A stretch of 43,874 bases of DNA from Octopus bimaculoides (taxonomy: Eukaryota), in the NCBI RefSeq assembly GCF_001194135.2, contig NC_068986.1:41848198-41892071 (forward strand), in the 5' to 3' direction. Numbering within the stretch: position 1 is the stretch's first letter; every line of letters begins with the position of its first letter. Below are positions 23,835-36,634 of this stretch, piece by piece. Position numbers and translations under genes: made by a program. Below the pieces are notes generated by a model, which worked only from the letters and a program-made list of their open reading frames with translations, made no database searches and had not been told where the DNA came from.

Positions 23835-24235
23835 TTAAAAAATAGCTATGGTGAGATGCAATCTGAAAGTGTGCAAGGTTATGGTACTACCAGTGCTTCT
23901 TTTCTAGTGTAGTAAATATGGGTGGATTAGTTAGCTTGGAAGAAACCACTCTATTTCACATTTGTGAACCTAGAAAAAGCATTTGATAGTTTTACTCTCT
24001 ATACTCATGTACTCATTAATAAAGCTATGAATTTATAATGCTAGTAGTTGTCCATCAAGGCTAGTTTTGCAGTCCTCTTTGTTTATTATAGTTCTCCAGC
24101 TTATAACAGAAGAGTTTAAGACTGATTGTGGAAACACTTGTAGACTGATGACCTAGCTCTCATCTATTGAAAATTTTCAGATGAAATTTCAGACTGACAA
24201 GCAAAACCTACAATTAAGAAGCTTTAAAGTTTTGT
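23835..24235 (+). pseudogene. RTE-clade LINE reverse transcriptase relic
   Basis: EMQ...GTT...FLV...KPLYFTFVNLEKAFD (23853-23987); VHQG..SP.LFIIVLQLITEEFKT; L*TDDLALI (YADD equivalent, about 24138-24165); stops and frameshifts. Confidence 0.85.
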
Positions 24236-25201
24236 TCACACATCATCTTGTGGTGTGTCTGGTCACATCAGTGATGCTATCTGAGGCACTGGGTGTTTCT
24301 TTCAACAATTGGACACTCCCACCAAGTGATAGAACTGGAGTTGTTTAAATCTCAACTTGTGCTTAGGCAGCACTAATTCTTCCATGACTTAGCTTCTCTG
24401 ATCCATACTACATGAGCTCTTTTAATGCCAACCCACCTGAGATGACTCCTAATTCTATAATACAAATTTCATGTTTGATTAAAACCTTCCACCAAAATTT
24501 AGTTTATGTTCCAAACACCTGTTTAATGGCGACAAAGTTATTTTATTAGATTCTTCATTATTTTCAAAAGTAATTGAACCAAAGGCAGTCTATTACAATG
24601 GAAATTTTGTAACAAAAGAGTTAAAGCAACTCTTGCTACCTTTAAGGCTAACTTTTGACTATTAACCTCTGTAATATTCAGAATATTGCTAATTCTGATA
24701 AGAGACTAGTCTGTATCGTACCTCTGTTAGATCACACCTGGCTTGCTGTCACCATTTTTCTAATGTTTTTGGCACACTTCCATCAGATATATATCCCTCA
24801 GTATTTTTTCTCCTCTTTCACTTGACATCCTCAATATGGTCTTCTCAGCAAGTTGAGAGTTCTAGTATAATTACCTGCTTGGAAGTTTCTAAGATCAGCA
24901 TCAAGTTTGATTTAATGGTGTGAAGGCAATGATTTCCAGAAGCTTTTGTTTCTTCACCAGGTCTTCAGCTTCCTGTTTTGTGCCATTGGTGACAGGTTTG
25001 AGAATTTGATTGTGGTGGCTGATGTCAGTCTTTCTTCAACATGAAAGTGATAGGCTTTAATGGGTGAAGATGCTTACCGTTGTTAAATACATTTACAGAT
25101 AGTATTTGTTATGGGTTTCAGGACCTGGCTATGGTGACAGAAGTGATTTTCACCCAAGGCTTTGGGAAAACTGCTAATGATGTTCTGTAGGATGCACGCG
25201 T

Positions 25202-25233
<32 letters not shown>

Positions 25234-25289
25234 TTGTGTGCACCCACACATGTATATATACATACATACGCACATACAAATTATATATG

Positions 25290-25471
25290 GGTTTGGCCGT
25301 GTGGAAAGAAGCATGCTTCCCAACCACATGGTACTGGGTTCAGTCCCACTGTGCAGTACCTTGGGCAGATGCCTTCTATAGCCTTGGGCTGATCAGAGCC
25401 TTGTTAGTAGATTTGGTTGACAGAAACTGAAGGAAGCCTGTCAAATATGTGTGTGTGTATGTGCGTCTGTG

Positions 25472-25506
<35 letters not shown>

Positions 25507-25690
25507 TTGTCCCCCACAACTGCTTGACAACTGGTGTTGGTGAATTTACATCCCCATAACTTATTAATTCAGAAAAAGAAGCTGATGGAATAATTACTAA
25601 GCTTAAAAAAAAAATTCCTTGGGTCAATCTGTTTGACCATCCCAGCATGGCCACAGTCAAATGAATGAAACAAGTTGAAGATAAAAAAAA
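25290..25690 (+). mobile_element. SINE family 1, full length
   Basis: ggtttggccgtgtggaaagaagc...gggttcagtcccactg...aatgaatgaaacaag. Confidence 0.8.
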
Positions 25691-26014
25691 TGGTATATAT
25701 GTTCGCACACACACACGTGTAGCTGAAAGGATTCGATTGTACTCAGTTTCAGTTTCGTAGCTGTTAGTTTGAAGCTCTTTCCTCTCATTTTAATATAATT
25801 TGAAATATATGAAACCCATCAAGAAAATTTAAACATTTGATAATTTATTAGTCTCAGATTACCAACCATAAGAAAAGAAATTTAGAGATTTTCAGTTAAA
25901 ATATATTAACCTTTAGCATACTACATTTTCTCTAGAACAGTTTCTCATGCCACTGCCTTGTTACTGCTACAGGGGAAATAATTTATACAGTGACAAGATG
26001 CACCTACAGTGTGC

Positions 26015-26350
26015 TAAAGGTTAAAGACTGGTGTCATGTGAACCCTTGGACATGTGTTTTCAATATACCTCAAGGCAACAAATACTACTGAGAGTGAATT
26101 TGGTTGATGGAAATTATGTAGAAGCATGTCATGTGGTGTATGTCTTTGTGCCTGTGTTTTTCCCCTCATGCCCAAATTTGACAACCAGTGTTGGTTCGTT
26201 TATGTGTCTGTAACTTAGTGGTTCAGCAAAAGAGACCAATGGAATAAGTACTAGACTAAATAATAAGTGCTAGGATCGATCTGTTTGATTAAAACCCTTC
26301 AAGGTGGTACTCCAGCATGACCACAGTCCAATGACGGAAACAGCTAAGAG
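26015..26350 (+). mobile_element. SINE family 1, partial
   Basis: gtgaatttggttgatggaaatt...gagaccaatggaataagtactag...ccagcatgaccacagtc. Confidence 0.7.
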
Positions 26351-26477
26351 ATATAAGATTTGTGTGTTGAATACTGTAATTTATTGCTTCTTGGTAACTC
26401 ACAGGAAATAAATGCGCACACACACACACACACACATATTTAACCTTGCATAAATTGTTATTTGTCTTTATTTCCAG

Positions 26478-26634
26478 ATTCTGGTTTGTTCTGAAAGGGA
26501 ATGTCTTGTATTGCTATCCAAAACATGAAAATCAATCTACATCGATGGATTGCATTGATTTGAATGGAAGTCATATTGTTACTACCAGTGAACCTTTGCC
26601 TGGCAAACAGTTCATGTTCCAAATAACTACAAAG
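26478..26634 (+). CDS. Exon B: core of PH domain
   Basis: Acceptor tttatttccag|A, donor AAG|gtaaca; encodes (K)FWFVLKGNVLYCYPKHENQSTSMDCIDLNGSHIVTTSEPLPGKQFMFQITTK, typical PH WFVL...LY.Y pattern. Confidence 0.9.
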
Positions 26635-26661
26635 GTAACACTTTACTACTACTACTACTGT

Positions 26662-26880
26662 AAAAGTGCTTGGCTTAGTGGTTTGGGTGTTGTAAAATTC
26701 TGATTTTGATTCCTGGATCAAGTGATACATCATGTTTTTGAACAAAACACTTCATTTCATGTTGCTCAAGTTCACTCAGCTATAAAAAAAAGTCCCACAA
26801 CCAACTGGCATCCTATCCAGGGGTGAAATATATATATACTACAGAATCTGGAAACTGAACTTTTGAGCTCAGAAAGGACC
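26662..26880 (+). mobile_element. tRNA-derived SINE, same family as 39033-39290, degraded
   Basis: ggcttagtggtt...ttgattcctgga...caaaacacttcatttcatgttgctcaagttcactcagct. Confidence 0.7.
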
Positions 26881-27639
26881 TTTGATCCTTTATAACTACC
26901 ACTACTACTACACCTTTCTCTCTTTTCCTCTCTGGCTCCTAATATGCTATAAGGATGTGAAACTGGTTGATTTTTGCTGTTTGCTCTCATAAGTCTTTGC
27001 CATTCAGCAATAATTAATTTTACAGCTGGATGCTCCTTCTTCTGCTTACCATTCAACCATGAAGTGGAAATGGAACCTCTCCTTTTTTATTGTTTTTTTT
27101 TAAAACTTTTTTATAGCTAACTGGGGTAAGCAAAATTATCTGCATTCCTCAAAAGCATTGCACTGTTAAGTTTGAACTTCTGTCTGGTCAATACTTTGGT
27201 ACCTTTTCTTTACTGCCTTTCTTTTCTGTTTGTTTAAAGTATTATCTATTTGTAATTGGAGAAGTGAAATTGATGGGTAGATGAATGAGATATTGAATGA
27301 CAAAGCTTTTGTTTTAAGCTCATTATTACAAGAAAAATTTTGTTTTCTCTCGGTAGGACATTCAATTTGATATACCTTAGTTTACTTAATGGTGTGGATG
27401 AGTTATGTATCAAAGCTTTCTGAGAAAGAAATCATCTCTTATTCAAGAGTAACTTTGTGTCTCAATCCCTTAATACTTCTGATGAAATGGTAAAAAATAA
27501 AAACAACTTAAAACAGTAAGTCTCTGGTTCTCTAGATTCTTGCCATTCCTGAAAGAATTTTTATTTTGTAATTAATGTATTTATTAGAATTTTTGTCTTT
27601 TCCCTGATTCCCTATGCTAATGACTCATTAAAGGCACCT

Positions 27640-27830
27640 GTGTCAGGGACATGTTATAGGCACCTAGTACACTGTGAAGTGGTTAGCATTAAGAAGGGCA
27701 TCCAGCTGTAGAAACCAAGCCAAAATCTGACCGGAGCCTGGTGCAGGTCTCTGGCTTACGAGTCTCCAGCCAAACCATCTAACCCATGCCAGCTTGGAAA
27801 ATGGACATTAAATGATGATGATGATGATGA
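27640..27830 (+). mobile_element. Retroposon family 3
   Basis: gcattaagaagggcatccagctgtagaaac...(GAT)n. Confidence 0.75.
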
Positions 27831-27993
27831 TATTTCATATACTTGCTGCTTCAGTAATGATGCTTGGAGGTTTTCATTTTATGCCCTTGGATGAAATGAT
27901 TTTCTTTTCACTTACAGATTGCTGTAGCCATCATTGTAATGTTTATTTTAACATTCACATTTTTCTATGCTAGCAGGAGTATATGAGACTTAA

Positions 27994-28195
27994 ATCTTAA
28001 GCATGCCATCAACATACCAGCTGTATCTGCCCTGGCCTCTCAGACCTACCCTGCATTGACATTGTAGGGTAGGTGTGAGAGAAATAAATAATCACATCAT
28101 TGAAATCTTGAAGATACAAGATAGTCTATGATTAATTCAAAGTGCTGTAAATAAATAAGTATTACATTTGACTGAGTATTCAGAAGGCTAAAGGT
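27994..28195 (+). mobile_element. piggyBac-type MITE (family 5) with internal fold-back
   Basis: TTAA on both flanks; body colinear with other copies except the palindrome at 28037-28081. Confidence 0.65.
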
Positions 28196-28744
28196 TTAAA
28201 GCAATTTTGCCATGGTTGGATGCTCTTCCTGTTACCATCTCGTTTCCAAGTGTGGTTTTATTTCATCTAGTTTTTTGAATGACAAACTATTCAATAACCA
28301 AGCATGTTTTTTGTAACCGATGTAAATGAAGAGACTGTTTTATATAGTGACATTGCTAACACAGTGCTCAGACAGTCGAATATGTTTTTGTGGCAGATAT
28401 GAACATCATCATCAATATGGTAACACCACTTACACAGCTTGCAAACAATACCATGACACAAGTGCATGCACACACACACACACGGACAGGCTGCTTACAG
28501 CTTCCAGCTTTGGAAATACTATTTATTTGTAACCAGGATTGCAAACAACCAGTATTTGTAAATACATGAAACAAAGAATTTACTTTGTAATTTTGCATGT
28601 ACTACTCAGTACTGAAGCCTAGTTTTCCCTTTTTCTTTTAGAAAAGAATCCTAGCTTTCTAATCATAACATTGACACTGTTTACTTTATCATTATTGAAC
28701 TGGAGTTTGCAATATAAATTAAAATGAAATTTAGTTCACTTTAA

Positions 28745-28918
28745 CTCTTTAGCTTTCATTTTCTCTGTCAAATGTAATGCCTATTTATTCACATTGATTT
28801 GAGAGTTCAGCTTAAAGAGTTCAGTGATGTGATTGTTTATTTTTTAGAATGACATTGTAGGGTAGGTGTGAGAGATCAGCTTTGTCTGGTTTGATCATAA
28901 AACTGGTAGAATAAAGGG
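28745..28918 (-). mobile_element. piggyBac-type MITE (family 5)
   Basis: TTAA|ctctttagc ... aaggg|TTAA (28741-28744 and 28919-28922). Confidence 0.75.
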
Positions 28919-30248
28919 TTAAAATAGAAAATCTATAACATAAATCCATGGGCAGTCATGGGTGGTTTGGTATCAAAATGGTTAAAAGTTCTTTTTGTCT
29001 TTGTTACATTAAATACATGCATGTTAATACTCAGAAAGTATCCTTTGCTGAAAATAAAACCTGGCTGGCCATGGTAAACAACCTGATCAAATGCACTGAA
29101 GCATGGAGATGACTTAGTTAACTGACAAAATTTCAAATTCAAAAGTAATTGATACTGATATGCATAAAATGAAAACTGAGAACCCCTCACACAAATTTTT
29201 CACTGAGGTAAACAAACAGATAAGTATACAATCGACAATTATATGTATAGAAATATATGATACAAAACTTAATTTGTACTTTTCATGGAGTTAGTCACAC
29301 AATTAAAAAATATACATTTAGTTCCTTTGAAAAATGAAATTATATTTCAAATAGTTGAATGACAAGTATATCTTTCTAATGGCTAAACCAAAAGTATTTA
29401 CGTGTGAGTAGGTAAAAATCACGCAAATAATACGAGAAGGTTTATGAGGCAAAGAGGAAACACACATAAAAAAATCACAAATAAAAACAACAAAAAAATG
29501 CTATGCAGAATTACACAAGTGAAAGCATGTGCCTGAATTGTAAAGTATGTGTGTGTGTGTGGTGAGACATGAAAATATGACAGACAAAAATGTGAACAAA
29601 GCTTAATAAGCTAAAGCAAGTAACAGGAGAATCTGACATTATGGGTGATACCTCATATGAAAGGGAAGAAAACTTGTACATTATGAAACCAAGCTTAGTT
29701 TCATAATGTACAGGTGTAGTACAATACAGACATTTTATCTACCTGCCTGTCTATCTGACTATCTGACTGTCTGTCTGTCTACTTAGAGAGCAATTAAAGA
29801 AGCTAAGTTTCCATATGTGTTGAATAATAACAAATCTATAGTTTTATGATCATGTGAATCTTTAACTAAATTTGTTATCAAGCAAAATTTGAAATGCTTT
29901 ATATCAAATGGTTTGTTATAACACTACATGGCTCTCTTATCTCCATTGCCTCCAACTCCTCTTCTCCATCTTTCTCTGTTCTGGGAGTGATCCCGCACCT
30001 AATCTCTTTATTATTAAGTTTTCATGTTTATAATTGTTAGATTAAAAAAAAAAAATATCCAAGTTGTTTTGAATATTTTTATGGTATTCTCAGATGTTAG
30101 TGCCTTAGGTGATAGCCTAGTCTACATGATGTACAGTACCACTCCTGATTTTATTCTATTAAATTACTATAATATAATACACTTATATTCTATTAAACTA
30201 TGTTATACAGTACTATATTTCTATACAATTAAACTATACTATTATATA

Positions 30249-30575
30249 GGCACATGGCTCCGTGGTTTGGGTATTGGATTTACAATCGTGCGGTTGTGAA
30301 TTTTATTCCTGGACTGGGTTGTATGTTGTGTTCTTGAGCAAGACACTTTATTTTCGTGTTGCTCTGGTTTTCTCAGCTTCAAAAATGTTACTGGTGCCAT
30401 GCTGTATCGGTCTTTGCCTTTCCCTTGAACAACATTGGTGGTATGGAAAGGGGAGACTGGTATGCTTGGGTGACTGCAGGTCTTCCACAAACAATCTTGC
30501 TAGTACTTCTGCCTCAGAAGGGAGCTTTCTAAGTGCTATCCCATGGTTATTCATGACCGAAGGGAATTTTTACCT
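30249..30575 (+). mobile_element. tRNA-derived SINE family 4
   Basis: ggcacatggctc..gtggtt head; colinear with 31428-31760. Confidence 0.8.
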
Positions 30576-31427
30576 TTTTCTTATATAGTACTCACATATA
30601 TTATTAAACTGTACTATACTCCACTGCATATGTATACTATTAAACCATGCTATTTCTCACCTTTAATCTGTAACTCTCCCACACTTCTAAAACATTAAAC
30701 TCCACTTTATAATTTTTATTTTTTCTAAATTATATATTTCACTTAAAAACTAAATAGCTTTTTAAATCATCTGAAGCATGTGATACTCAATATATTACCT
30801 ATCTTCAAAACTGCTGATCTATGAAAAACTAGTACTATAAGATTACTTGAAAACCAGCTGAGAGAGAGTGGGAGGGAGGCTTGATGGTCTGTATCTTGCT
30901 GCATTTTGTCCATTACCAAGCTACTTAATTGTCAATGGTTAAGTCTACTTAGCTCTAAGTGGGTTCTATGTACTGCAAAAAATTGTTTGAATAAATTCTA
31001 GATGTATCCTTGATTAATTAAATATATCTCCCCACCTTCTTTCTCAATACAGAATGGATTACTTGAGGAAAAGTTTGCAGAAACATATGCTTAGAGGACT
31101 TTCTGATTTTAGTTAATATGAAGGATAAGAGAAAACTGTGGATAGTGCACATGTTTTTTTAGATCCTCTGAGAGTTAGAGGTTGATAACTAAACAAAGTT
31201 ATTGTTGTTAATGATTAGGTTAGTGACTGGGGAAAATATGAGCAGAAAGAAGCAATTACAAAGCAAAATGACATAGCAGAGAGGGTATCAAGTTGAAATA
31301 CAGTGAGAAGGGTTATAGGAAGAGGGGGAGAAAAGAAATGGAAAGCTGAGTGCATTGGCTACTATGCAATTTTACATATGTATAGGTGAAGAGAATAATG
31401 GTTTCTTAATAGGGTTTATGTTAATAA

Positions 31428-31760
31428 GCACATGGCTCAGTGGTTAGATTGTTGGGTTCACAATCATGAGGTAGGGAGTTCAATTCCCAGACCAGACTGT
31501 GTTGTGTTCTTGAGTAAGACACTTTATTTCACATTGCTCCAGTTCACTCAGCTGTAGAAATGGGTTGCGACGTCACTGGTGCCAAGCTGTATCAGCCTTT
31601 GCCTTTCTCTTGGATAACATTGTTGGCATAGAGAGGGAAGGCTGATATGCATGGACAACTGACAGTCTTCCTTAAACAACCTTACCCAGACTTGTGCCTC
31701 GGAGTGGAACTTTCTAGGTACAATCCCATGGTCATTCATGACCAAAGGGGGTTTTTACCC
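31428..31760 (+). mobile_element. tRNA-derived SINE family 4
   Basis: A box tggctcagtgg, B box gagttcaattccc; same body as 30249. Confidence 0.82.
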
Positions 31761-31777
31761 AATACTATGACTTAAAA

Positions 31778-32141
31778 CAGGGGTTCTCAATTATTTTTTT
31801 ATCTATGAGCCCCTTCGACTGCTATGGTGAATTCCCATAGCCATTCGGTGTTTAAAAACTAGTCTTATAGATATTTCTTTCAAAATTCTTATTTTGTTTG
31901 TCACATGTTCATTTGTGTAGGTTTATGATAACACTCAATGATAGAATTTGTTACAGCAGCTGGAAACATATTAAACTATGTAAATCATTAGAGAAAGGAA
32001 CCTAGCTGTTTCTTGCATTAAATACATCCAAATAAAAGATGTTTTCATGGACTCTTAAAATACTATTGTGGATTCTTAATTTACTATTTTGCTTGTGTGG
32101 ATCCTCAAAAATCTTATATTGACCCCAGTTGAAAACCACCG
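31778..32141 (+). mobile_element. hAT-type MITE
   Basis: TIR CAGGGGTTCTCAA / TTGAAAACCACCG; 8-bp TSD acttaaaa / acttagaa (7/8). Confidence 0.8.
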
Positions 32142-32641
32142 ACTTAGAAGGTGGAATAAAGGCAATGATATAAATAATAGAAAGCTGTGTTTGAATTATG
32201 CTTGGAATAAAAACAACTCATGGCAGCAGCAACAACTGTGATATTCATAAATACTCGCTTGTACTTACACATCTATATATAACTGTAAAAAAAAATTATC
32301 AATTTACACTTTCTAAGTAACTTGATTGACATTTAAACCATTTATCATATTTCCCTTAAAATACACAGCCTTTGATTCGCTTAATTTAAAAAATGATGAA
32401 CTTAGTAAAATAATTTTGTCATTATCTGGTTTGGGGCACATAAAATGGAATTTTGATCATAAGTTTTAATGTAAATCAATTTAAAAGTGAACACTCGAGT
32501 AGGTTGGTATTGAAAGGGTTAGAATGTTCAAAGTACATTAGGCTAATTACTAATTCTTGAGTTTTGCATTTGTGGTTGAACTGATGGCCATGATAAACTT
32601 GTGTTGTTTAAGAAATCTGTAAATATTCTTTATTTTCACAG

Positions 32642-32795
32642 AATGGTAGCTGTTCAGAATATTGTGCCAGTACTGAAGGTTCTCTAACCAATTGGATGAA
32701 CCATTTACTCACTGCAACAGAGAGTTGCAGCACTTCTAGTCCTTCTATAGGTTCAGAGGGTTTCTTCAGTTCTAGGGAAGACTTAACTGCCTATG
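32642..32795 (+). CDS. Exon C: PH C-terminal helix (invariant Trp) plus Ser-rich linker
   Basis: Acceptor tattttcacag|AAT, donor TATG|gtaagt (phase 1); NGSCSEYCASTEGSLTNWMNHLLTATES...REDLTAY. Not in the supplied ORF track. Confidence 0.88.
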
Positions 32796-33312
32796 GTAAG
32801 TTTATTTTGAAACTTTTACACTTACTTTCATTTTTGATCACCACCTACATTAATTTTTGACCTAAGCTTTTTCTGAACAAGGCACATATCTCTTTTTGCA
32901 CCTCAGCTATCTTAGTTATGAATCAATACCATTCTTATTTTGTAGCTGTCTGCTCATTTGGAAGAGCACACATGTGTACTTATCTAAATGATCTGAATTA
33001 CAGAGTTACTCTGCCCAAGCTAGATTCATTACTAACCCCCCCCCCCAATGTTTTTGAGAAAGAAATATATAACTTTTCTTTGAAATGTGTTGCATATTTG
33101 TGCAGGGGAGTTCTTCATCTCTTCATTCATATTGTGTCCATACACCCCAGGCCTCACTCTGACTATCATGCTGAATCTATCTTCCTTAGAATATTTTCAT
33201 GCACTCGTTGACTTGCAACTGTTTGAAAGGAACATTAACTGCATCAATCTCTCTGCTCTTGTAGGAACTGTGAAGGCCATAGGTACAGAGCCACCCTTTT
33301 AACCAATATAGA

Positions 33313-33540
33313 CATAATAATAATTCTTTCTACTGTTGGCACAAGGCCTGAAATTTTGTAGGGATGGGGTTAGTCAATTTCATTGACTCCAGTGTTCAAC
33401 TGGTAATTATTTCATCAACTCTGAAAGGATGAAAGGCAAAGTCGATCTTAGGGGAATTTGAACTCAGAACATAATGAATGAAATGCTGATAAGCATTTTA
33501 TATGGCATTCTGTTGATTCTGCCACCTTGCTGTCTTAATA

Positions 33541-33574
<34 letters not shown>

Positions 33575-33756
33575 GTTTAAAATTTGGTGGGAAGGTGCTT
33601 AATTGATTACATCTACCTCAGTGTTCAACTGGTACTTATTCCATCAAGTCAACAAAGATGAAAGACATAGTTAACCTCAGAATGAATAAGCAAAAGAAAT
33701 GCTGTTAAACATTTCATCCAATATGTTAATGATTCTGTTAGCCTGCTACTGCCTTC

Positions 33757-33757
<1 letters not shown>
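33313..33757 (-). mobile_element. Two SINE family 2 copies separated by (AAT)n
   Basis: 33313-33537 and 33574-33757 are reverse complements of the 3746 unit. Confidence 0.75.
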
Positions 33758-33795
<38 letters not shown>

Positions 33796-33796
33796 C

Positions 33797-34190
33797 CCTG
33801 ATGCAATACTAGGCAGTGGCTCTCGTGGCTTCTGATCTTAACTGATTGGAAGTGTTATCATGTACATTGTTTTGTCTTGGTTTAAAAGATGGCCAACAAC
33901 AAATATTCTGCTCAATACCACAAATTTGCTTGTCAGTTGTTTGACCTTAACCAGTTGAGAATGTCCCTTGGTGGCTGACGATATGTGCATCTCTGATCAC
34001 AAGCAGAAGTAGTGGGTGAGCACCATAGCCATGTGTTGAGAGGAGTTCTTTGGGGTCTGAATGATTCAACTCTGGAAAACGTGGTTGTTTTGTTCAACAT
34101 CATTAATCCTTATTCAGGGTTCTTTTGAGTGAGATGGGCTACTCAACCCGAAGAAAGTCCTAACCGGGCTCCACCTCCTTTCTAACACCA
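33797..34190 (-). mobile_element. Probable LINE 3' end with (ATT)n tail
   Basis: GC-richer block ending on the minus strand in ...gcatcagggca(ATT)n; clade not determined. Confidence 0.5.
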
Positions 34191-34399
34191 ACCAGCTTAT
34201 GTATTAAATTCATCACTAAAATAGTAGAGCACCTATATAAAAGTATCTTTTGGTATTTAGTTACATTCTTTTATGATCTTTCTTTCTTCTAGGGATTGAT
34301 AAAGTATGTAACTGACTACACATCTCTTCTTCAAATTTGTCATTTCATGCAAATTTCAAAAAGATATTATGTTCAGTTTGTTGTTTTGTTATATTTTAG

Positions 34400-34515
34400 A
34401 TCCAGCTCAGACATGTGAAGAATTCAAAGACAAAACAAAATTTTTGAAGCAACAACTTCTTTCCAATATGGTTCAACAAATAAATGACATCAAACACAGA
34501 CAAGAATTAAGACAA
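34400..34515 (+). CDS. Exon D: helical, coiled-coil-like segment
   Basis: Acceptor atattttag|AT (phase 1), donor CAA|gtaaat; DPAQTCEEFKDKTKFLKQQLLSNMVQQINDIKHRQELRQ. Confidence 0.8.
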
Positions 34516-34869
34516 GTAAATATGGCACTATATAATGTTTCTTCCATTCTGAATTTTTGCAATTAAGTTTGCAAATGCATCACAAAAAGACAAGATTTCA
34601 CCTTTTTATACCTTTATCTAGACATGTTAGCATGAGATAATCCATTCTTCTCCAAAATCCCCTTCCTTCTCTTTTATGACTGATATTAATCTTTTTGAGT
34701 TATGCAGCCTCTTGGAAACTGGAGTGAAATGTCTTGCCTGATAAGTTATGTCAGCAGTAATGTATGGGTTCATAACTTGAGAACTAGTGCCTCTTTCTGA
34801 ATTTCCTGGTTCTTGGTTTAGACTACTGTAATGTTTGACTATCTCATTTCTGTTACAATAAAGTACTAG

Positions 34870-35185
34870 TTATATAGTAAGGCTGTGTGATAAAGAAGTT
34901 TGCTTTTGGACCATATAATTCTGGGTTCCATCACACTGCACAGCAACTTGAGCAAGTGTCTCTTACTATAGTTTCTTGTAGATCAATACCTTGTGAGTGG
35001 AATTTGGTAGATAGAAGCTAATACACAAGCACAAATGCATGTTAATAATATATGTGCACACAGGTGCAAGCATGGCTGTGTGATAAGAAGCTTGCTTCCT
35101 AACTATGTGGGTCTGGGTTCAGTTCCACTGCATGAGACCTTGGACAAGTGTCTTATACTATATGTAGCCTTGGGCTGACCAAATA
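34870..35185 (+). mobile_element. Two SINE family 1 5' halves
   Basis: ggctgtgtgataa...gggttc...cactgca...gcaagtgtct at about 34870 and 35060. Confidence 0.7.
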
Positions 35186-35279
35186 ACAGTTGCTACCCAA
35201 GGACAAAAACTGTATTACACAGTATAATCTAAATCTTTTGAAATTACACTTTGTAATTGGGTACTATCTTGTAATGATA

Positions 35280-35470
35280 TCGGTAAATTGGAAAAGATGG
35301 ACAAATTTGTTCCACTCCAAACATGATGTATTATTTGACAGTCTGCTCTTTTCTTCTTGAGTGAAATAGTGAAATGAAAGGCATGTGTTTTTGAAAAGAA
35401 TAATCATTTGTGATGAAAAATAGGTCCTTTAGGACAAGAAGAAGATCTTAGAAGATATTGAATAAATGGC
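35280..35470 (+). pseudogene. mariner-family transposase relic
   Basis: GKLEKMDKFVP (cf. KKLDKWVPHEL), VCSFLL, VFLKRIIICDEK*VL*DKKK (cf. FLDRIVTCDEKWILYDNRKR). Confidence 0.72.
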
Positions 35471-36094
35471 GAGATACTTAAGAGTTGTCTGAATAGTCAT
35501 ACAAAAGTGTTAATGGATTGTTTGGCATTGGTGCCCTTGGTGGTTGAGTTTTCAAAATTCTTCCAAATTTTCTGATATTTTTACTAGAAATTAGTCTCAT
35601 TGAACACTCACCATAATTAAATGACACTCAATCAGCCTTAAAATGTGCAGAACATGAAAAGCTAAAGAATGTTTGACCTTAAGAATAACACTTGACAAAA
35701 ATCTGGTGAAACATTTCAAAAATCTCAGTAGCAGATTTCTTGAGATTCTTTGAAAATTTGATGTTTGTTATGGTAGATGAAATATGAACGTTTTCCATTA
35801 ATGCTTACCTTTATAAGGTAAATTATGCAAGTTAACATCAGTTCATATATGCTATTTAAAAATATGTGATGATAATAAAAGAAAAACACATTAGACAAAA
35901 ATTTTGTCTAAGTATGCTTGAAGACTAGTGCTTGGGTGTACAAGATATTGCAGGCATATCATTTTTATCTTAACCAGAATTAGTCAAAGTTTTAATATTT
36001 TTGTCAAAGTTTGTTATTATAGGATTGATTTGATAATTTTTCATTACATGTAGAAGTTACATCAATTTTAGGGGCTATCATTTTCATTACTATT

Positions 36095-36265
36095 GATCGG
36101 TGGTACATAAAAGCACCCACTACACTCTCGGAGTGGTTGGTGTTAGGAAGGGCATCCAGCTGTAGAAACTCTGCCAAATCAGATTGGAGCCTCACCTGGT
36201 TCACCAGTCAAATTTTCCAACCCATGCTAGCATGGAAAGCGGACGTTAAACGATGATGTTGATGA
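36095..36265 (+). mobile_element. Retroposon family 3, well preserved 3' part
   Basis: Close reverse complement of 1060-1235. Confidence 0.8.
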
Positions 36266-36634
36266 TACATTGAAAAGGAAAACAGTGTCTTCCTGTATTG
36301 TGATCTGTATTTTTTACTGCAATTCTCCCATTTCTATCTTCATCAATTTTAGCAGATGCTATCACAATACTTCTAACAGATGATAACTTTAACCTCACCT
36401 TTTTTTTGACCCAGGGTGGGGAATGGGTATCTAATTTTATACCTGCACTTATTTTGATTTTTTTGAACCTCAATTTTAATTTCTCCTAGATTTTGAAATA
36501 ATTACTCTTATTGTTTCTCACTACTTGTCGAAAAAAAAAAAAAATCCTTTTCAAATTCAAGTTATTTATTGGAAGGCTTATTACGAATTTTGTGGAAAGA
36601 GTGCTTTAAAATATATTCAATTTTTATACTACAG

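Noticed and set aside
24145-24151. CTGATGA as a possible hammerhead core
   Set aside because: It is the DD-coding motif of the RTE RT relic; no stems form.
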